64,000 nt of DNA from a bacterium (lineage in GTDB: Bacteria > Bacteroidota > Ignavibacteria > Ignavibacteriales > Ignavibacteriaceae): assembly GCA_016716565.1 (NCBI GenBank), contig JADJWC010000002.1, positions 109,858-173,857 of the forward strand, in the 5' to 3' direction. The notes beneath the pieces were generated by a model, which saw nothing but the letters and a program-made list of their open reading frames with translations, did not search any database and was not told the DNA's origin. This document shows, piece by piece, positions 27,852-33,346 of the stretch. The translations under genes and the position numbers were made by a program. Every line of letters starts with the position of its first letter. The first letter of the stretch is position 1.

Positions 27852-29108
27852 CTATCCTTTAACAACACCGAGTGGTCTTAGTTTAACGATAGGTTTTATA
27901 AGATCTAATTCAGATTGAATTACCTCATCAATGTTTTTATAGGCAAGAGGTGACTCACCAAGATCAAACAATTCCCCACCATTTATTTTCTTTCCAAACT
28001 TTTTGAGTTTACCCCATCGATCATATACAACGTCACCCATTGCTTTATCGCATTCTTTTGCAGTAAGATTTCTGCAAGCATCCATTCTTCCCATTTTTCT
28101 GCCGGCACCGTGAGAACAGGATTGAAAAGATTCTTCATTACCTAATCCTTCAACAATGTAAGAAGAAGTCCCCATCGAACCGGGAATTATTCCCTTCTCA
28201 CCTTTCTTAGCAGATGTTGCACCTTTCCGATGAATCCAAACGGATTTTTCAAAATGATTTTCCAATGCTGCGTAATTATGATGGATATTTGTTTCTTCAA
28301 GAAAATTTACATCACCAAGATTTATTAGAATGGCTTGTTTAAATTCTTCCATCATTAATCTTCTGTTTTCTCTTGCATATTCCAGAGCAAAATTCATATC
28401 TCTAATGTAATCATTTCCTTCATCCATCTCTGTTCTAAAAAATGCAAGATCTTTATCCGGTAGTTCATCATTGTATTTATCATTTATTTCCTGAGCAAGT
28501 TTATGATAATATGAGGCGATCCTATTACCAATATTTCTTGAACCTGAATGTAGCATCAGCCAGAGGTATCCATCCTGTGAAATTTGCATTTCAATAAAAT
28601 GATTTCCGCCGCCTAAAGTTCCAAGATTTTTGAATGCTAATGTCCAGGTAGCTTTATCCAACCATGCTGGCAATTTTGGATTCTTGAAGTCATCAACTTC
28701 TTCACCAATACCAAGAGTTTTTAAGTAAGCAGGAAACCCATCCCATGAGTGTGGATGTTTGTGTGCATTTCCTTCACCGACCGGTACATTTGCTTTTATA
28801 TCATTAAGGATTTTTCTAATTAAAGATTTATCAGTTAAATCATTTGCAGGAAAATTGGTTTTAACTGCACCCATTCCACATCCAATATCAACACCGACTG
28901 CATTCGGTATGATTGCATTTTCGGTTGCAATAACTCCACCAATCGGCATTCCATATCCGACATGAGCATCGGGCATTAACGCAATATGATTTAAAGTAAC
29001 AGGATGATTAGCAAGATTTTCAGCCTGTTCAAGTGCACCTAGTTCAAGTGTTTCGCACCAGGATTTTATCGGTATTTTAAGATTTTCATCTTCTTTGATC
29101 CATTTCAT
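27852..29108 (-). CDS. rtcB: RNA-splicing ligase RtcB (3'-phosphate/5'-OH RNA ligase)
   Basis: GGGNHFIEMQ, HSGSRNIGN, SCSHGAGRKMGR motifs. Start taken at MKWIKEDE (ATG 29106-29108, RBS AGAGGA). The ORF-track extension to 29192 overlaps tRNA-Pro and is rejected. Confidence 0.9.
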   Translation of the reverse strand: MKWIKEDENLKIPIKSWCETLELGALEQAENLANHPVTLNHIALMPDAHVGYGMPIGGVIATENAIIPNAVGVDIGCGMGAVKTNFPANDLTDKSLIRKILNDIKANVPVGEGNAHKHPHSWDGFPAYLKTLGIGEEVDDFKNPKLPAWLDKATWTLAFKNLGTLGGGNHFIEMQISQDGYLWLMLHSGSRNIGNRIASYYHKLAQEINDKYNDELPDKDLAFFRTEMDEGNDYIRDMNFALEYARENRRLMMEEFKQAILINLGDVNFLEETNIHHNYAALENHFEKSVWIHRKGATSAKKGEKGIIPGSMGTSSYIVEGLGNEESFQSCSHGAGRKMGRMDACRNLTAKECDKAMGDVVYDRWGKLKKFGKKINGGELFDLGESPLAYKNIDEVIQSELDLIKPIVKLRPLGVVKG

Positions 29109-29123
29109 AGTTTTCCTCTTTAA

Positions 29124-29198
29124 TACTTTATTGTCTGTGTGGTAGGACTCGAACCTACATTTTCCCGGCTCCAAACCGGCACGGATAACCAATTCCCG
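29124..29198 (-). tRNA. tRNA-Pro (anticodon UGG)
   Basis: Hand-folded cloverleaf. Acceptor CTGTGTG/CACACAG. T-arm GTAGG-TTCGAGT-CCTAC. Anticodon loop TTTGGAG. Confidence 0.7.
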
Positions 29199-29253
29199 TC
29201 ACACACAGATATAATTTAGTAAACGTATTATCTATTAAAAATTCCAATTATAA

Positions 29254-29324
29254 AATTTTATTGCGTGACGTGTGGGATTTGAACCCCGACTCCTGATAGA
29301 CAGTCAGGTGTGTTTCCGTTACAC
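29254..29324 (-). tRNA. tRNA-Asp (anticodon GUC)
   Basis: Anticodon arm CCTGA-CTGTCTA-TCAGG. T-loop TTCAAAT. Acceptor/T-stem register is ambiguous by hand. Confidence 0.6.
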
Positions 29325-29354
29325 TACACATCACTTTTATAGATATTCTATTAA

Positions 29355-29428
29355 TATTTAATTGTCCCACCGATAGGATTCGAACCTACATCATTTCGGT
29401 TAAAAGCCGAAAGCATTGCTCCTTTATG
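29355..29428 (-). tRNA. tRNA-Lys (anticodon UUU)
   Basis: D-arm GCAT-AAAGGAGCA-ATGC. Anticodon arm TTCGG-CTTTTAA-CCGAA. T-loop TTCGAAT. Confidence 0.8.
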
Positions 29429-29442
29429 CTACGGTGGAATAA

Positions 29443-29515
29443 TGTCTTTAAGTACTCTCTGCAGGAATCGAACCCACATCTAACTGCTTAGAAGACAGCT
29501 GCATTATCCTTTATG
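29443..29515 (-). tRNA. tRNA-Arg (anticodon UCU)
   Basis: Acceptor GCTCTCT/AGAGAGT. Anticodon loop CTTCTAA. T-loop TTCGATT. Confidence 0.7.
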
Positions 29516-29520
29516 CTAAG

Positions 29521-29592
29521 AGAGCGTTGGAATCGTTATAAGGATTTGAACCTTAATCCCCCGACTCGTAAGCGGGTATCTTTTCCATTAGA
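29521..29592 (-). tRNA. tRNA-Arg (anticodon ACG)
   Basis: Acceptor GTCGTTA/TAACGAT. Anticodon loop TTACGAG. T-arm TAAGG-TTCAAAT-CCTTA. Confidence 0.7.
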
Positions 29593-29595
29593 CGA

Positions 29596-29668
29596 TAACG
29601 ACTTGAGCCAACGCAAGGATTCGAACCCTGTTCTCCGGTTTACAAAACCGGTGCATCAACCTGTAATG
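29596..29668 (-). tRNA. tRNA-Thr (anticodon UGU), aberrant acceptor stem
   Basis: Anticodon arm CCGGT-TTTGTAA-ACCGG is perfect. Acceptor 5' GCCTTCG vs 3' CGTTGGC gives two adjacent U:U mismatches. The 5' end sits inside the perfect palindrome AATGCCTTCGAAGCATT. Confidence 0.55.
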
Positions 29669-29673
29669 CTTCG

Positions 29674-29757
29674 AAGGCATTCGTACAAGTAGAAGGATTC
29701 GAACCTTCAAGCCCTCAAGGGCAGTAGTTTCTAAGACTACCGTGTATACCAATTCCA
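29674..29757 (-). tRNA. tRNA-Leu (anticodon UAG), class II with long variable arm
   Basis: Anticodon arm GTAGT-CTTAGAA-ACTAC. Variable hairpin GCCC-TTGA-GGGC. T-arm GAAGG-TTCGAAT-CCTTC. Confidence 0.8.
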
Positions 29758-29763
29758 CCATAC

Positions 29764-29835
29764 TTGCATTCAGGGTGTGAGCTAAGATTTGAACTTAGTC
29801 CTATTGGGTCACAGCCAATTATGCTGCCATTACAC
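29764..29835 (-). tRNA. tRNA-His (anticodon GUG) with G-1; acceptor has two internal mismatches
   Basis: Anticodon arm ATTGG-CTGTGAC-CCAAT. Extra 5' G pairs with C73. Acceptor 5' GTGTTTG vs 3' CTCACAC gives U:C and U:U mismatches. Confidence 0.6.
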
Positions 29836-29908
29836 CACAAACACCATAATAATGTCGTTAAAGGAAATGAATACCTATCTTAAAAATTTTTAAATCAATC
29901 TATCTAAG

Positions 29909-29982
29909 AACGATAAAGTCCTACGGGTAGGATTCGCACCCACTATCTCCCGGATATAAGCCGGGTGCATTTACTAATTATG
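29909..29982 (-). tRNA. tRNA-Ile (anticodon UAU), atypical: no GG in D-loop, T-loop TGCGAAT
   Basis: Acceptor CCTACGG/CCGTAGG is perfect. Anticodon arm CCCGG-CTTATAT-CCGGG. D-loop AATTAGTAA. Confidence 0.6.
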
Positions 29983-29983
29983 C

Positions 29984-30055
29984 TTCCGTAGGGTAGCGGG
30001 TATTGGATTCGAACCAATGACCTTCAGCTTATGAAACTGATGAGCTGCCGCTGCT
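29984..30055 (-). tRNA. tRNA-Met or tRNA-Ile2 (anticodon CAU; elongator type)
   Basis: Acceptor GGCGGGT/ACCCGCT. D-arm GAGC-AGCGGCA-GCTC. Anticodon loop TTCATAA. Lacks the initiator features (C1:A72 mismatch, GGG/CCC anticodon stem). Confidence 0.75.
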
Positions 30056-30065
30056 CAAACCCGCC

Positions 30066-30140
30066 AAATGATTAGTGGAAAGGGTAGGAATCGAACCCAC
30101 GCAGTCAACGGGCTTCAACCGCTTGCTCTACCTGCTGAGC
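30066..30140 (-). tRNA. tRNA-Phe (anticodon GAA)
   Basis: Acceptor GGAAAGG/CCTTTCC. D-arm GCTC-AGCAGGTAGA-GC. Anticodon loop TTGAAGC. Confidence 0.85.
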
Positions 30141-30147
30141 TACCTTT

Positions 30148-30219
30148 CCATATTTTGCAGTCCCGGCAGGATTTGAACCTACATCTTTGGGTTCAAAGCC
30201 CAATGTGCTTACCATTGCA
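30148..30219 (-). tRNA. tRNA-Gln (anticodon UUG)
   Basis: Anticodon arm TTGGG-CTTTGAA-CCCAA. D-arm GTGC-AATGGTAA-GCAC. T-loop TTCAAAT. Confidence 0.8.
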
Positions 30220-30223
30220 CCAC

Positions 30224-30299
30224 AGAACTATTGAGTCGGTAAAGGGAGTTGAACCCTCACTTCAAGTTTGGAAGACTTACGTGCTGGTTCCGTTAAACA
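30224..30299 (-). tRNA. tRNA-Gly (anticodon UCC), enlarged D-loop
   Basis: Acceptor GTCGGTA/TACCGAC is perfect. Anticodon loop CTTCCAA. D-region is 21 nt. Confidence 0.7.
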
Positions 30300-30322
30300 C
30301 TATACCGACGGATTGAAAAATT

Positions 30323-30393
30323 GATTCTCTGCTGAACAGGCAGGACTCGAACCTGCATCATTCCGGTTAACAGCCGGGCGCTTCACCATTGAG
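30323..30393 (-). tRNA. tRNA-Asn (anticodon GUU)
   Basis: Acceptor TGAACAG/CTGTTCA is perfect. Anticodon loop CTGTTAA. T-arm GCAGG-TTCGAGT-CCTGC. Confidence 0.75.
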
Positions 30394-30414
30394 CTACTGT
30401 TCAATTAATTTTAT

Positions 30415-31446
30415 TCAAGCTTTATCACCAATTCTTATCTGATATTGCTTCTCATTAATTTTATCGACGCTGATATTTATTGCTAAAAATTTTTTCACAA
30501 CCTCAATGATTGTCATTGTATGTAAAGTTGGTTCAGTCGTAATAAAACTTCCGCCACCAGCAAGTGCCATCGGGATTATCAATTGATCAGCCAGATATTT
30601 ATACACCGGAACATCAGCGTCCACATATTCAGAATATTCTCTTAATACATCATCGATTACATTTTTCAACTTATAATTTTTTCTTCCGAATCCGGTAAAG
30701 GTTTCTGTTGAATTATCATTTTCATCGATGAGAATGATAACATTTCCCGGTCCTGGCGAATCAACCATTTTTGCTATGCAGTTTACTTCATTCCAACCCA
30801 GCTTTTTTTGAATGATCTTCATCTCACTTTTACCAATGCTTTCCGGAATTAGTGAGGAGTATGCAATTGCTTTCCTGTTCAGCTGGGATCCTTTTTCAAT
30901 GATTTCGATCTGGTTCAGTTCTTTAACAGGTTTAACATTTACATCAATCTTTCCACCTCCTACCGGAAAGAATCCGAATTTCCCGATATTAATATTTACT
31001 ACAGGTCCCATTTTTCTCAACTGGTTAAAAAAAGAATAATTCAGAAAATCTACTGGCGGAGAAAATTCATTATGGGTTCCACCGCCTAAACTAATGTTCG
31101 ATTCACCATTCGCAAGCATAAGAACGGGAACAACAGTTTGAAGCACAAGAGTTGTACTTCCTGCAGTTCCAATATCAAAATTGTAATTACCGGATTTAAT
31201 TTTTGCGGGGTCAAAGTATAATTTCAAAGAACTAATTTCAGCACCTCGAACTCGAGCATCACAAATTTCTGCGGCAGCTTTTACTGCAGTGAGATGTTGC
31301 CTCATTAAGCCGGGCTTTTTTCTTCCGGCTCTTATATTCTTAATAACTACCGGAAATTGAGTATACATTGATAAGGAAAGAGACGACCTGAGAATCTGGC
31401 CGCCTCCTTCTCCGAATGAACCATCTATTTCAATGAGCTTTTTCAT
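30415..31446 (-). CDS. rtcA: RNA 3'-terminal phosphate cyclase RtcA
   Basis: N-terminal IDGSFGEGGGQILRSSLSLS...IRAGRKKPGLMRQHL and C-terminal LADQLIIPMALAGGG match the RtcA family end to end. Confidence 0.88.
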   Translation of the reverse strand: MKKLIEIDGSFGEGGGQILRSSLSLSMYTQFPVVIKNIRAGRKKPGLMRQHLTAVKAAAEICDARVRGAEISSLKLYFDPAKIKSGNYNFDIGTAGSTTLVLQTVVPVLMLANGESNISLGGGTHNEFSPPVDFLNYSFFNQLRKMGPVVNINIGKFGFFPVGGGKIDVNVKPVKELNQIEIIEKGSQLNRKAIAYSSLIPESIGKSEMKIIQKKLGWNEVNCIAKMVDSPGPGNVIILIDENDNSTETFTGFGRKNYKLKNVIDDVLREYSEYVDADVPVYKYLADQLIIPMALAGGGSFITTEPTLHTMTIIEVVKKFLAINISVDKINEKQYQIRIGDKA

Positions 31447-31448
31447 AC

Positions 31449-32552
31449 TTAAAGTAAGTTAACAATTTTGTCAGTTAACCCTTTATCACCAAGCATAATT
31501 TTCAGGTCAGTTCTTGCAGCGATCTTTTCAAGAACTTCCAGCTCTTTGAGCTTCATAAGTACTGGATTGCTCTCGAGCATTTTAGCAGTATTAGCCTGGT
31601 TTCTCATTGCGGCAGTCTCCTCTCTTCTGGAGATGAGATTTGCCTCTGCTTCTTTTTTAGCAAGGATAACTTTGTTCAGTATCTCTTTCATATCACCAGG
31701 AAGAATTATATCCCTGATTCCATGACTCAGAACCTCAATACCGTACTTAATCATTCTTGCTGCTAGTCTTTCCTCAAGCTCTTTCGCAACAGAGTCCTTT
31801 TCAGCAAGTATCGCTTCAAGTTCTCTTGTTCCGATTACTTCTCTAAGAACAAGCTGAGCTTCTCTGTAGAGTGCCTGAGTAGAATCTTCAACCATTGATA
31901 CAGATTTGTATGCATCTACAATTCTGTAGTTAACAAGGGTATTTAGTCTTAAAGAAACTTTATCAGCAGTCATAATTTCTTGTCCGGAAATATCGCTTGA
32001 CTTTACTCTCAGATCTACCTGATAAAGTTTTACTTTGGAAATACCTATCCAGAATGCATATCTGCCTGGTTTGAGATTCCCTATGAAGTTTCCATTCTCG
32101 AAGTACAGACCAATATGGTTGTCTTCTACAATGAATTCATTTAGTACAGCTTTCGATGCACCTGCATCCATAATTATATCCAGTTTTTCATGGACAAATT
32201 GTGGGCTTTTAACATCGATCACTTCCACTAAAACTTCACGACCAACTTTCCAAAGAGCATAAATACCAGAGTAAAGAATTCTGTCAAATCTTCCGTCAAT
32301 CCAAATGACTGCACGTTGATTATCTTTTAGATCAATTACTTCTAATTCATCTTTATTAATTTTATCGGACTTGATTATTGATTCGAGTTCCTTATGGACA
32401 AGCCACGCCTCTTTTACAGAAACAATATCAAGTGCTTCATCTTTAAATGGATCTGTAAACCAGTATGAACCTTCGTTGAGTATTTCAACAAATTGTTCAT
32501 CCACAAAGTACAGTCCTCTTTCGTGTGCAAGGATTCTTCTTTTACCAAACAT
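31449..32552 (-). CDS. cytoplasmic SPFH/band-7 (slipin-like) domain protein with an unrecognised ~170-aa N-terminal domain
   Basis: C-terminal half matches stomatin/HflC-like SPFH (IRDIILPGDMKE, AEANLISRREETAAMRNQANTAKML). No TM segment. Stop is 3 nt before the rtcA start. Confidence 0.6.
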   Translation of the reverse strand: MFGKRRILAHERGLYFVDEQFVEILNEGSYWFTDPFKDEALDIVSVKEAWLVHKELESIIKSDKINKDELEVIDLKDNQRAVIWIDGRFDRILYSGIYALWKVGREVLVEVIDVKSPQFVHEKLDIIMDAGASKAVLNEFIVEDNHIGLYFENGNFIGNLKPGRYAFWIGISKVKLYQVDLRVKSSDISGQEIMTADKVSLRLNTLVNYRIVDAYKSVSMVEDSTQALYREAQLVLREVIGTRELEAILAEKDSVAKELEERLAARMIKYGIEVLSHGIRDIILPGDMKEILNKVILAKKEAEANLISRREETAAMRNQANTAKMLESNPVLMKLKELEVLEKIAARTDLKIMLGDKGLTDKIVNLL

Positions 32553-32639
32553 GACTTATCTCCTTTTTATTTTTGTTAATCAGTTAATTAAAAGGGCTAA
32601 TTGAAGAAAGACAACTAACTCAACACATTTCTTCTGCGG

Positions 32640-32813
32640 AGCGTTACTTAAGCAATTCAAAGTTGTATCGTATCTGCAAACTCAAATTCAACAACACAAC
32701 TTTTAAAGAGCGGTATCCGCACGCTGCAAGGCAGAATACTAATGCTGCAAACAGAATTATGCCTCCCCAATAATTTCTGTTTGCTGCTAAATCGCTCATC
32801 CTTCCTCAAAAAG
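32640..32813 (-). CDS. small ORF (57 aa) with a hydrophobic core, between the tRNA-like gene and the SPFH gene
   Basis: MSDLAANRNYWGGIILFAALVFCLAACGYRSLKVVLLNLSLQIRYNFELLK*. Preceded by GAGGAAGG. Below the ORF-track size cutoff. Speculative. Confidence 0.2.
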
Positions 32814-32838
32814 CCAAAGAACAGTTCACCTTTACAGG

Positions 32839-32914
32839 GTGCATGAGCGGGAATCGAACCCGCGACCTATAGATCATTAGTCTATTGCTCTTCCAATTGA
32901 GCTATCATTGTGCA
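32839..32914 (-). ncRNA. aberrant tRNA-like RNA (tRNA mimic or pseudogene). Canonical D- and T-arms, acceptor stem with a 3-nt bulge, anticodon loop CUAAUGA (formally AAU with G37).
   Basis: D-arm TAGCTCAATTGGAAGAGCA. T-arm GCGGG-TTCGATT-CCCGC. 3' TCATGCA-C. 5' TGCA[CAA]TGA. Sits ~100 nt downstream of a TGGCAC -24 element. Confidence 0.5.
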
Positions 32915-33020
32915 GTTTCAACATCGTCTTTAGAACCCGCAACCGGAACATTAAATGATAATTGATTACTCAAACCAGATAATGCCGACCGGTCAAATAT
33001 CAATTCTGCATAAATTATAA

Positions 33021-33037
33021 GCCAATGAGTGTGCCAG
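33021..33037 (-). promoter_or_regulatory. candidate sigma54 (-24/-12) promoter for the minus-strand rtc unit; imperfect -12 element
   Basis: Minus-strand TGGCAC-ACTCA-TTGGC (consensus TGGCAC-N5-TTGCA). Divergent from rtcR, as at the E. coli rtcBA-rtcR locus. A GACCGGTC palindrome lies 25 nt downstream. Confidence 0.35.
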
Positions 33038-33163
33038 CACTTCGGCTGAAAACTTAACTGGTTTATTTTTAATGACTTATGGGAATTTTTGACCTAACTG
33101 CTTGACGACATTATTAATAATCACTATAATTAACTATAATATTTTAGATTTAAAGATAAAACT

Positions 33164-33346
33164 ATGAAGAACATACTTTTCAGTTTGTTGGGAACAACAT
33201 TAGATAAATCTTTCAAGCAAGATAGATGGGAAAGATGGCGGCCATCCGTTGCAATTTGTCAACACGAGGATTTAATAATCGATAAATACCATTTAATTTA
33301 TCCGTCAAACCATCTTCGCCTTGCAGAGAATTATAGAGGATATTAA
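33164..33346 (+). CDS. rtcR: RtcR N-terminal segment (start of CARF domain), frame-shifted relative to the rest of rtcR
   Basis: MKNILFSLLGTTLDKSFKQDRWERWRPSVAICQHEDLIIDKYHLIY matches the E. coli RtcR N-terminus (GTVLD...QRWSKWRPTLCLCQQESLVIDRLELLH). Confidence 0.8.
   Translation: MKNILFSLLGTTLDKSFKQDRWERWRPSVAICQHEDLIIDKYHLIYPSNHLRLAENYRGY

Noticed and set aside
27852-29192. ORF-track version of rtcB extending 28 codons upstream (MVIRAGLEPGKCRFESYHTDNKVL...)
   Set aside because: The extension runs straight through tRNA-Pro (29124-29198). An internal ATG at 29106-29108 with an AGAGGA RBS gives the canonical RtcB N-terminus.
29654-29670. Palindrome AATGCCTTCGAAGCATT as an independent terminator or regulatory site
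   Set aside because: It is only 5 nt from tRNA-Leu and forms the 5' acceptor plus positions 8-9 of tRNA-Thr. It is better treated as part of the aberrant tRNA-Thr (see finding) than as a separate feature.
32371-32604. 77-aa plus-strand ORF
   Set aside because: It is antisense to the 5' end of the SPFH gene. The real small ORF in this spacer, if any, is on the minus strand (32640-32813).
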